Under the pieces are notes generated by a model that did not search any database, was not told the origin of the DNA, and was given only the letters and a program-made list of their open reading frames with translations. A stretch of DNA of 32,000 nt from Mycolicibacterium smegmatis (GTDB lineage: Bacteria > Actinomycetota > Actinomycetes > Mycobacteriales > Mycobacteriaceae): positions 2,100,001-2,132,000 of the forward strand of contig NZ_LN831039.1 in NCBI RefSeq assembly GCF_001457595.1. Reading direction: 5' to 3'. The position numbers were made by a program, and so were the translations under genes. Each line of letters starts with the position of its first letter. The first letter of the stretch is position 1. Positions 24,353 through 32,000 of this stretch are shown in pieces.

Positions 24353-25402
24353 ATGAATCCATTGACGATTGAAGACCCCCGCGCCGTTGATGCGACGTCG
24401 GGGATGCGCCGGGTGCAGTTCACCCGACTGGGCGGACCCGAGGTGTTGGAGATGGTGCCGTTGCAGCTGTCCGCGCTGCAGCCCGGCCACGTGCGGGTAG
24501 AGATCCGCACCATCGGACTGAACCGCTTCGAGGCGCTGTTCCGCCGCGATCACTACGTGATCGCACCCACGTTGCCGGCGACGCTGGGCGTCGAAGCAGC
24601 GGGCAGCATCATCGAGACAGCGCCAGACGTCGAGGATTTCCAGATCGGGGACCGGGTAGCGATCCTGCCGATCCAGTCACCGACGGTGGGCACCGGCACC
24701 TACGCCACGCACGCCGACGTTCCGGTCGAAGCCCTCGTCCACATCGCCGATGGCCGGTCCGACGAGGAGGAAGCCGCGACGTGGATGGCTAGCCTGCAGG
24801 CCTACACCTTGGCCACGAAGGTGGAGATCGCCCCGGGTGACACCGTGATCGTGACCGCTGGGACGTCCTCAGTCGGCACCGCGCTGATCCAAATCGCCCA
24901 TGACCTCGGCGCTACCGTGATCGCGACGACACGCACCATGGCGCGCAAGCCCGAACTCATCGCGCTGGGTGCTGATCATGCGATCGCAACCGACGACGAA
25001 GACCTCGCCGCTGTAGTCGCCGCGCTCACCAACGGGCGCGGCGCCAAGGTCGTCTACGACACTGTAGGCGGGCCCCTGCTGGCTGCGCTGATCGACGCGA
25101 CTGCGCAATTCGGCCACGTGCTGTGCTACGGCGCTCAAACTTCACCCGACATCCGTGCTGCCCGAGTCGACGTGCCACTGGTGTCGCTGGACCGCAAATC
25201 CGTGTCGTTCGTCGACCTCTTCGAACTTGTCGAGTTCCCCGATCGCCTCGCGGCCGCCAAGACTTACATCGGTGACGTCCGCGACCGCGGAGCGCTGACG
25301 ATCGGCATCGACCGCGTGCTGGCGTTCGATGACGTCCAAGAAGCCCATCGCATCCTCGAATCAGGCCGTCTGGCAGGTAAATTGCTGCTCCGTGTGACCT
25401 AG
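24353..25402 (+). CDS. MDR-superfamily zinc-binding dehydrogenase / quinone oxidoreductase-like
   Basis: ...MRRVQFTRLGGPEVLEMV...GHVRVEIRTIGLNRFEALFRRDHY...LGVEAAGSI...GDTVIVTAGTSSVGTALIQIA...GKLLL. The start is ambiguous (TTG 24338, ATG 24353, ATG 24404). ATG 24353 gives the same promoter-to-start distance as cassette A. Confidence 0.8.
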   Translation: MNPLTIEDPRAVDATSGMRRVQFTRLGGPEVLEMVPLQLSALQPGHVRVEIRTIGLNRFEALFRRDHYVIAPTLPATLGVEAAGSIIETAPDVEDFQIGDRVAILPIQSPTVGTGTYATHADVPVEALVHIADGRSDEEEAATWMASLQAYTLATKVEIAPGDTVIVTAGTSSVGTALIQIAHDLGATVIATTRTMARKPELIALGADHAIATDDEDLAAVVAALTNGRGAKVVYDTVGGPLLAALIDATAQFGHVLCYGAQTSPDIRAARVDVPLVSLDRKSVSFVDLFELVEFPDRLAAAKTYIGDVRDRGALTIGIDRVLAFDDVQEAHRILESGRLAGKLLLRVT

Positions 25403-25517
25403 ATTGGCTGCGGTGAGCGCAGCATCTCGGAGCACCCTCTTTAGGCGCCTCAGCCATGCGGGATGTCCTGCCCATCACGAGTGAGGGCCTTGTCGGCAGG
25501 TGGAATCTTTGCCACCA

Positions 25518-25540
25518 GTTGTGAACGGATTTGTGAACGA
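25518..25540 (+). promoter_or_regulatory. TTGTGAACG-type repeats; possible recombinase arm-type sites (P arm)
   Basis: gttgtgaacggatttgTgaacga matches 15222-15244 at 22 of 23 positions. It lies 113 bp upstream of the attR-like core. Confidence 0.4.
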
Positions 25541-25653
25541 GACAGTGCGGAACACGCGTGATGCCTGGGGACGCGGCGCAACAATCCAGACCGCAACTGA
25601 TTGCTGACCTGCATAGACAGGGCGTAGCGGTAGACGCAAGACCGCAACCGGCC

Positions 25654-25700
25654 GGCTCATAACCCAGAGGTCGCAGGTTCGAATCCTGTCCCCGCTACTA
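25654..25700 (+). repeat. 47-bp direct repeat, copy 2 (attR-like; displaced 3' fragment of tRNA-fMet, no 5' half present)
   Basis: Identical to 15109-15155. The preceding sequence (…accgcaaccggcc) does not match the tRNA 5' half. Confidence 0.9.
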
Positions 25701-25704
25701 GGTG

Positions 25705-25738
25705 GAACGGCCCCCGGAGGATACTCCGGGGGCCGTTC
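25705..25738. terminator. strong hairpin after the displaced tRNA 3' end, also downstream of convergent mimR (likely the ancestral tRNA / bidirectional terminator)
   Basis: The 13-bp perfect stem gaacggcccccgg pairs with ccgggggccgttc around the loop aggatact, followed by tcattt. Confidence 0.65.
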
Positions 25739-25758
25739 TCATTTCGGTGTTCTGGTGC

Positions 25759-27510
25759 TCAGGCGATGCCGAAGTCTTTGATCTTGCGGTAGATCGTGGC
25801 TCGCGACATGCCCAGAGCGGCTGCGGCGTCGGCCTTGTTGCCGTCGTTCTCCAACAGGCTGCGCACGATCGCGTCGCGCTCCATGGCCTCCAGGGGTGTG
25901 AGTTTGCGGCGGGTGACCGACCGGCATTCCGCGGGTAGCTTGTCCACGCCGATCACCCCCGACCGTTGGCGGCGCACGGTCTCGGTCAGCACATGGCGCA
26001 GCTGGGCTATGTTGCCGGGCCACGGCAGTTTGGCCAACTGCCGCATGGCTTCACCATCCATGCGGGCTTCGCCACGGCTCAATTCGTTGAGGATCATCGG
26101 AACCAGCTCTTGGAGGTCCTCTATTCGGTGACGCAGGGCAGGCACGGTGACCGTGTGGGTGAAGAACGGCAACATGAGCAGGTCCACCAGCTGCGAGTCA
26201 CGTTCGGTGCTGGTGGTCGCGGCGATCCAGCCGCGGCCCGCGCGGGTCTGCATGATGGCCGCCATCGGGTTCAGTACCTCGTCGGGCAGTTCGTCGACGT
26301 CGGAGACGATCACCGCGAAGTCGGCGGAGTCGGTTTCGGATTCGAAGGCGGCGACGAAGCTCTCGGGCGTGTCGAAGTTGTCGATGTGCAGCACGGGTAT
26401 CGACCGTTCGGGGGTGACGAAATGCACTACCGAATACCCCAAATATGTTCTGCCAGAGCCTCGTTCGCCCTCGATGACCACCCATTCCCGGTCGCGGTAG
26501 CAGCGTTCCACCTGCTGGGCGCTACGGCGGAACGAACTGCTCTGGCCGGCAAGGCGGGGGATGTGTTGAGAGCTGCGCACCGGAATGCTCTCGGCCACAT
26601 GGACAGAGACGTGGAAGACGACGCTGTCGCTGCGGACGCCCACGATGATGCGTTCGGCGGCCGAGATCTTCACCGACGCACCGCTGGGGAGATGGGCCAC
26701 CGTTGTCGAGGTGAACGACGATCGGGTCAGTTCCGCGGCGTGATCCAGCAGCACCGTCTGATCGGCGGCGTCGAGCGCCTGGCGGAGGTAGCGGTTCATC
26801 AGCACGACGTCCCCGCCGATCGCCAGCACCCCGCCCGGATAGCGGCGACTCTGCTTCAGATATGCGTCGAGGAGCGCGGTTTCGGTCTCGTTGTTCATGG
26901 TGCGAAGGCGGTCCTCGATCTGGCTGCCCGCGCTCTTGGCGAGAACGAACAGCAGCGGGTCGGCCTGCCGCGCCCGGCAGGTCAGATCGATGACGCCGAG
27001 GATCCGGCGGGTGACGGGTTCGCGGATGGGAGAACCGGCGCAGGCCAGCCCGCCCAGCGTTCCGACGTAGTGCTCGCTGCCTCGGATGAAGGCCGGCCGG
27101 CCGGTCTCCAGCGCCGTGCCGATGCCGTTGGTGCCCGCGAACTCCTCGGCGTAGCTGTACCCACGCGCCAGGCGCACATCGTCGAGCACCCGCTCGAACT
27201 CGGTGTCGGCCGCGACACGGTCCAGCACCAAGCCGTCCGCGGAGGTCAGCACCACGCTCACCGACTGATCGGAGAGATCCTCGGCCATCCGTCGCAGCAC
27301 GGGGGCGGCCGCGTGCATCAGCGGCGTGTCGGTGTCGGGGTCGCGCACATAGGGCAGTTCGACGCGATCAGGGTGGACGTGCAGTTCGCGTGATCGTTGC
27401 CAGGAGTTGAGCACGCTCGAAGCAACGGCATCCGGTTGCAGGGCGCCGGTGGAGAGGAACTGCTCCCGGGCGCGCTGGGCGTCCGTGGGCGTGTCGGCAT
27501 GTCTGACCAT
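25759..27510 (-). CDS. mimR: AcoR/NtrC-like transcriptional activator of the mim operon (GAF-like sensor plus degenerate AAA+ plus Fis-type HTH)
   Basis: 583 aa. The C-terminal HTH is ...EAMERDAIVRSLLENDGNKADAAAALGMSRATIYRKIKDFGIA. The central domain has GERGSGRT and SDVDELP. It is divergent from mimA, as described for M. smegmatis/M. goodii. Confidence 0.8.
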   Translation of the reverse strand: MVRHADTPTDAQRAREQFLSTGALQPDAVASSVLNSWQRSRELHVHPDRVELPYVRDPDTDTPLMHAAAPVLRRMAEDLSDQSVSVVLTSADGLVLDRVAADTEFERVLDDVRLARGYSYAEEFAGTNGIGTALETGRPAFIRGSEHYVGTLGGLACAGSPIREPVTRRILGVIDLTCRARQADPLLFVLAKSAGSQIEDRLRTMNNETETALLDAYLKQSRRYPGGVLAIGGDVVLMNRYLRQALDAADQTVLLDHAAELTRSSFTSTTVAHLPSGASVKISAAERIIVGVRSDSVVFHVSVHVAESIPVRSSQHIPRLAGQSSSFRRSAQQVERCYRDREWVVIEGERGSGRTYLGYSVVHFVTPERSIPVLHIDNFDTPESFVAAFESETDSADFAVIVSDVDELPDEVLNPMAAIMQTRAGRGWIAATTSTERDSQLVDLLMLPFFTHTVTVPALRHRIEDLQELVPMILNELSRGEARMDGEAMRQLAKLPWPGNIAQLRHVLTETVRRQRSGVIGVDKLPAECRSVTRRKLTPLEAMERDAIVRSLLENDGNKADAAAALGMSRATIYRKIKDFGIA

Positions 27511-27725
27511 GGTGGCCTCGGTCTTTTTGGGCGGTACCTGCAGCCTAGGGGCGCCCAGGGCTCGCAGCGTCTCAATTTGAGAATCGCGACCCCGGATCCC
27601 GAAGAAACTCCTTTCGATGTGACGCCAGTCTCATAGTGAGACGCATGTGGGGCGCATCACACAGTTACATCAGTGGCGCATCGTCCCCGAATCCGGCGGA
27701 TGGCCCAACTATCAGGAGGCTCACG

Positions 27726-29354
27726 TTGAGCAGACAAAGCCTGACCAAGGCGCATGCCAAGATAAGCGAACTCACGTGGGAGCCGACGTTCGCCACCCCG
27801 GCGACCCGATTCGGCACCGACTACACGTTCGAGAAGGCGCCGAAGAAGGATCCGCTCAAGCAGATCATGCGCTCGTACTTCTCCATGGAGGAGGAGAAGG
27901 ACAACCGCGTCTACGGCGCGATGGACGGCGCCATCCGCGGCAACATGTTCCGCCAGGTCCAGCAGCGCTGGCTGGAGTGGCAGAAGCTGTTCTTGTCGAT
28001 CATCCCGTTCCCCGAGATCTCGGCGGCCCGCGCGATGCCGATGGCCATCGACGCCGTGCCGAACCCGGAGATCCACAACGGGTTGGCGGTCCAGATGATC
28101 GACGAGGTCCGGCACTCGACGATCCAGATGAACCTCAAGAAGCTCTACATGAACAACTACATCGACCCGTCCGGCTTCGACATGACAGAGAAGGCGTTCG
28201 CGAACAATTACGCGGGCACCATCGGACGCCAGTTCGGCGAGGGTTTCATCACCGGTGACGCGATCACCGCCGCCAACATCTATCTCACGGTGGTGGCCGA
28301 GACCGCCTTCACCAACACGCTTTTCGTGGCGATGCCCGATGAGGCTGCCGCGAACGGCGATTACCTGCTGCCGACGGTTTTCCACTCGGTGCAGTCCGAC
28401 GAGTCGCGCCACATCTCCAACGGTTACTCGATCCTGCTGATGGCGCTCGCCGACGAACGCAACCGGCCACTGCTCGAACGCGACCTGCGCTACGCCTGGT
28501 GGAACAACCACTGCGTCGTCGACGCCGCGATCGGAACGTTCATCGAGTACGGCACCAAGGACCGTCGCAAGGACCGGGAGAGCTACGCCGAGATGTGGCG
28601 CCGCTGGATCTATGACGACTACTACCGCAGTTACCTTCTGCCGCTGGAGAAGTACGGCCTGACAATTCCGCACGACCTGGTCGAGGAGGCGTGGAAGCGC
28701 ATCGTCGAGAAGGGCTACGTGCACGAGGTGGCTCGATTCTTCGCCACCGGTTGGCCGGTGAACTACTGGCGCATCGACACCATGACCGACACCGACTTCG
28801 AGTGGTTCGAGCACAAATACCCCGGCTGGTACTCCAAGTTCGGCAAGTGGTGGGAGAACTACAACCGGCTCGCCTATCCCGGACGGAACAAGCCCATCGC
28901 GTTCGAGGAGGTCGGGTACCAGTACCCGCACCGGTGCTGGACCTGCATGGTGCCCGCGTTGATCCGCGAAGACATGATCGTCGAGAAGGTCGACGGCCAG
29001 TGGAGGACGTACTGCTCCGAGACCTGCTACTGGACCGACGCCGTCGCGTTCCGGGGTGAGTACGAGGGCAGGGAAACCCCGAACATGGGACGGCTCACCG
29101 GGTTCCGAGAATGGGAGACCCTGCACCACGGCAAGGATCTCGCCGACATCGTGACCGATCTCGGATACGTCCGCGACGACGGGAAAACCCTCGTCGGGCA
29201 ACCGCACCTGAATCTGGATCCGCAGAAGATGTGGACCCTCGATGACGTGCGCGGTAACACGTTCAACAGCCCCAACGTGCTGCTGAACCAGATGACCGAC
29301 GACGAGCGCGACGCGCACGTCGCGGCGTACCGCGCCGGCGGGGTCCCGGCCTGA
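27726..29354 (+). CDS. mimA: binuclear-iron (soluble di-iron) monooxygenase large/alpha subunit
   Basis: The TTG at 27726 lies 6 nt after aggagg (27714-19). Two di-iron ligand motifs are present (…DEVRHS… and …[10 protein letters not shown]…). The protein begins [21 protein letters not shown], which matches my recollection of MimA/PrmA-type propane monooxygenase hydroxylases. Confidence 0.85.
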   Translation: MSRQSLTKAHAKISELTWEPTFATPATRFGTDYTFEKAPKKDPLKQIMRSYFSMEEEKDNRVYGAMDGAIRGNMFRQVQQRWLEWQKLFLSIIPFPEISAARAMPMAIDAVPNPEIHNGLAVQMIDEVRHSTIQMNLKKLYMNNYIDPSGFDMTEKAFANNYAGTIGRQFGEGFITGDAITAANIYLTVVAETAFTNTLFVAMPDEAAANGDYLLPTVFHSVQSDESRHISNGYSILLMALADERNRPLLERDLRYAWWNNHCVVDAAIGTFIEYGTKDRRKDRESYAEMWRRWIYDDYYRSYLLPLEKYGLTIPHDLVEEAWKRIVEKGYVHEVARFFATGWPVNYWRIDTMTDTDFEWFEHKYPGWYSKFGKWWENYNRLAYPGRNKPIAFEEVGYQYPHRCWTCMVPALIREDMIVEKVDGQWRTYCSETCYWTDAVAFRGEYEGRETPNMGRLTGFREWETLHHGKDLADIVTDLGYVRDDGKTLVGQPHLNLDPQKMWTLDDVRGNTFNSPNVLLNQMTDDERDAHVAAYRAGGVPA

Positions 29355-29445
29355 GAACCGACGGTGGGCGGCACCTTCTCCTCCCCACCCCGGTGCCGCC
29401 CACCGTGGTCATCCACTACCCGAATCGCAGTCAGGAGGCACCGCC

Positions 29446-30492
29446 ATGGCGGATTCGCACAAGATCAACTTCGACCCCGTGGACATCGAGATGGAGGTCC
29501 GCGAGGACGAGAACATTCTCGACGCTGCCTTCCGTCAGGGCATCCACCTGATGCACGGCTGCCGGGAGGGTCGCTGCTCAGCGTGCAAGTCCTACGTGCT
29601 CGACGGTGAGATCCAGATGGAGAGCTACTCCACCTTCGCGTGTAACGACGCCGAGGTGGACGAGGGTTATGTCCTGCTGTGCCGGTCGCATGCGTTCAGC
29701 GACTGCACCATCGAGCTTCTCAATTTCGACGAGGACGAACTTCTCGGCGGCATACCGATCCAGGACGTGCGCACCCAGGTGCAGGCGGTCGAACCCAAGA
29801 CCCGTGACATCGTGTCGCTGCGGCTCAAGCCGATCGAGCCGGGCAAGTTCGACTTCAAGCCCGGGCAATACGCCGACCTCCACATCCCCGGCACCGACGA
29901 GCATCGGTCGTTTTCCATGGCGACCACCCAGTCACGCAGCGACGAGGTCGAGTTCCTCATCAAGAAGTATCCCGGCGGCAAGTTCTCGGCCCTGCTCGAC
30001 GGCCGCATCCAGGTCGGCGACGAGATCGCGCTCACGGGACCCTACGGCTCGTTCACCCTCAAGGACGGACACGTGTTGCCCGTCGTGTGCATAGGCGGCG
30101 GTGCGGGCATGGCGCCCATCCTGTCGCTGCTGCGGCACATGAACGAAACCGAGAACAGCCGTCCGGCAAGGTTCTACTACGGCGCACGCACCCCGGCTGA
30201 CCTGTTCTATCTCGACGAGATCCTCGAACTGGGCAAGGGAATCAAAGACTTCCGGTTCATCGCCTGTCTCTCGGAGTCCGCGGACGGAGAGGTCCCCGGC
30301 CGGGTCACGGTGGAGGAGGGCATGGTGACCGACGTCGTCGCCCGGCACGAAACCGCGATCGCCAAGACCGAGGTGTACCTGTGCGGGCCGCCACCGATGG
30401 TCGACGCCGCGTTGATGTTCCTCGACGCCAATTGCGTGCCCAAAGACCAGGTGTTCTACGACAGCTTCACCAGCCCCATCTTCGACCAGTAG
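29446..30492 (+). CDS. mimB: monooxygenase reductase (plant-type 2Fe-2S ferredoxin plus FAD/NAD(P)-binding FNR-like domains)
   Basis: The 2Fe-2S motif is CREGRCSACKS...C, the FAD site is RSFSMAT, and the NAD site is GGGAGMAP. 348 aa. Confidence 0.85.
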   Translation: MADSHKINFDPVDIEMEVREDENILDAAFRQGIHLMHGCREGRCSACKSYVLDGEIQMESYSTFACNDAEVDEGYVLLCRSHAFSDCTIELLNFDEDELLGGIPIQDVRTQVQAVEPKTRDIVSLRLKPIEPGKFDFKPGQYADLHIPGTDEHRSFSMATTQSRSDEVEFLIKKYPGGKFSALLDGRIQVGDEIALTGPYGSFTLKDGHVLPVVCIGGGAGMAPILSLLRHMNETENSRPARFYYGARTPADLFYLDEILELGKGIKDFRFIACLSESADGEVPGRVTVEEGMVTDVVARHETAIAKTEVYLCGPPPMVDAALMFLDANCVPKDQVFYDSFTSPIFDQ

Positions 30493-30515
30493 CAGCCCAC
30501 CAGAAAGGAACTTCG

Positions 30516-31622
30516 ATGTCAGCCCCTGAGAAGCCAAGAGAACGAAGCTTTCCCAAGATCGAGTTCACCGACTCCGAAGCCGGAGCCAAGGAGTTTCCGA
30601 GTTCCAAGAGTCGCAGTTACTCGTACTTCACGCCGGCCAAGTTGCGCGCGACGATGTACGAGGACGTCACCGTCGACGTACAGCCCGATCCGGACCGGCA
30701 CCTGACCCAGGGCTGGATCTACGGCTTCGGAAACGGGCCGGGCGGATATCCGAAAGACTGGACCACGGCCAAGTCCTCGGACTGGCATGCCTTCCGCGAC
30801 CCCAACGAGGAGTGGAACCAGACCATCTACCGCAACAACGCCGCGGTGGTGCGTCAGGTCGAACTGTGCCTGAAGAACGCCAAACGTGCGCGCGTCTATG
30901 ACGGCTGGAACTCGACCTGGTTGACGTTCATCGAACGCAATGTCGGAGCGTGGATGCACGCCGAGAACGGCCTGGCGCTGCACGTGTTCACGTCCATCCA
31001 GCGGTCCGGACCGACCAACATGATCAACACCGCGGTCGCGGTGAACGCCGCGCACAAGATGCGGTTCGCCCAGGACCTCGCACTGTTCAACCTCGACCTG
31101 GCCGAGGCCACCGAAGCCTTCGACGGCAGCGCCCACCGGGCCGTGTGGCAGGAGGCGCGGGAATGGCAGGCCACCCGTAAGGTGGTGGAAGAGCTGACGG
31201 CGGTGGGGGATTGGTGCCAGCTGCTGTTCGCCACGAACATCGTGTTCGAGCAGCTGGTCGGTTCGCTGTTCCGCACAGAACTGATCATGCAGATCGCCGC
31301 CCGCAACGGCGACTACATCACGCCGACGATCGTGGGCACCGGCGAACACGACTACGACCGCGACCTCAACTACACCCGCAACCTGTTCCGGCTGCTGACC
31401 CGTGACCCCGAGCACGGCGAGGCGAACAAGGCACTGTTCACCGAGTGGCTGGGGATCTGGGTGCCACGTTGCCTCGACGCCGCGCTTGCGCTGCAGCCGA
31501 TCTGGTCGGCACCGGCCGACAAGGCCGTCACCTTCGCCTCCAGCCTGGACGCTGCGAAGGCGAAGTTCACAGCACTGCTGGAAGAGATCGATCTGGACAT
31601 CCCCGAGGAGTTGAACAAATGA
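30516..31622 (+). CDS. mimC: monooxygenase small/beta hydroxylase subunit
   Basis: The ATG at 30516 follows gaaaggaa. The 368-aa protein sits between the reductase and coupling-protein genes, as in mim/prm clusters. The longer track ORF start (30381) overlaps mimB. Confidence 0.8.
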   Translation: MSAPEKPRERSFPKIEFTDSEAGAKEFPSSKSRSYSYFTPAKLRATMYEDVTVDVQPDPDRHLTQGWIYGFGNGPGGYPKDWTTAKSSDWHAFRDPNEEWNQTIYRNNAAVVRQVELCLKNAKRARVYDGWNSTWLTFIERNVGAWMHAENGLALHVFTSIQRSGPTNMINTAVAVNAAHKMRFAQDLALFNLDLAEATEAFDGSAHRAVWQEAREWQATRKVVEELTAVGDWCQLLFATNIVFEQLVGSLFRTELIMQIAARNGDYITPTIVGTGEHDYDRDLNYTRNLFRLLTRDPEHGEANKALFTEWLGIWVPRCLDAALALQPIWSAPADKAVTFASSLDAAKAKFTALLEEIDLDIPEELNK

Positions 31623-31963
31623 GCAGCATGCAGTTCGGCGCGGCCACAGAGTTCTCCAACAAATGCGGCGTGACGCTGATGAACACCCCGATCGGGCGCG
31701 TCGTCGCCGAGGTGATGGGCGCCAAGGAAGGTGTCGAACTCACCGAGTACCCGTCGATGATCCGCGTCGACGGCGTCAAACTGCTGAGCTTCGACTACGA
31801 CGAGCTCACCGAGGCCCTCGGCGAGGAGTTCGACGGTTCGATCTTCGAGGAGATCAGCTCCACCCACTACGGACGCATGGTGCATCTCGACGACAAGACG
31901 ATGCTGTTCGCCAGCCCCGAGGATGCCGCCGAGTACATCGGCTTCGACCTCACCGCGAAGTAG
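31619..31963 (+). CDS. mimD: monooxygenase coupling/effector protein (MmoB/DmpM family)
   Basis: The ATG overlaps the mimC stop (ATGA). The 114-aa protein is [33 protein letters not shown]...; its size and position fit the regulatory component. An aaggag RBS for a further downstream gene sits at the window end. Confidence 0.8.
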   Translation: MSSMQFGAATEFSNKCGVTLMNTPIGRVVAEVMGAKEGVELTEYPSMIRVDGVKLLSFDYDELTEALGEEFDGSIFEEISSTHYGRMVHLDDKTMLFASPEDAAEYIGFDLTAK

Positions 31964-32000
31964 ATCGATCCAAAGAACCCATAGCGCAAGGAGATTGCAA

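Noticed and set aside
27511-27725. A sigma54-type -24/-12 promoter (TGGCAC-N5-TTGC) upstream of mimA, expected from the NtrC-like nature of MimR.
   Set aside because: No such element is present by eye, and the regulator lacks the GAFTGA loop. See the MimR finding.
1-32000. CRISPR arrays, rRNA genes, or tandem repeat arrays.
   Set aside because: No regularly spaced direct repeats and no rRNA-like sequence were seen. The only repeats found are the IS copies, the 47-bp att-like repeat, the arm-like 23-mers and the operator cassettes listed above.

Overview
High-GC actinobacterial chromosome, most consistent with a fast-growing Mycobacterium/Mycolicibacterium (smegmatis-like; inferred from gene content, no search run). 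The window has four parts. (1) 1-7.6 kb is a conserved core block that, from memory, matches the M. tuberculosis Rv3197-Rv3193c neighbourhood: ABC1/UbiB kinase, a hypothetical, a DUF2342 metalloprotease-like protein, a PDZ/Lon-like protease and the UPF0182 membrane protein. The ABC1 kinase gene is cut by an IS256-family (IS6120-like) element that runs off the left edge. (2) 7.8-10.0 kb is the most interesting region. It is a translationally coupled three-gene operon: a WXG-motif protein, a protein with an EspC-like N-terminus bearing a YxxxD export motif fused to a C-terminal HExxH domain, and a lipoprotein. I read this as an orphan type VII secretion effector/immunity-like module. It is followed by a 1136-aa SARP/STAND regulator and a FAD-linked oxidase. 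(3) 15.1-25.7 kb is a ~10.5 kb island inserted in the 3' half of an initiator tRNA-fMet gene and bounded by a perfect 47-bp direct repeat. It has arm-like repeats but no integrase. Its cargo is regulators (Rrf2, MmyB-like HTH) and small redox enzymes (2 SDR, 2 VOC, F420/LLM, MDR oxidoreductase, saccharopine-dehydrogenase-like). It also holds two paralogous promoter/operator cassettes (GTAAC-N7-GTTAC x4) and a second, complete IS copy with a 9-bp target duplication that splits a small ORF. (4) 25.8-32.0 kb is the known mimR-mimABCD binuclear-iron (propane/acetone/phenol) monooxygenase locus. Many long ORFs in the six-frame track are antisense or off-frame shadows typical of high-GC DNA and were not called.
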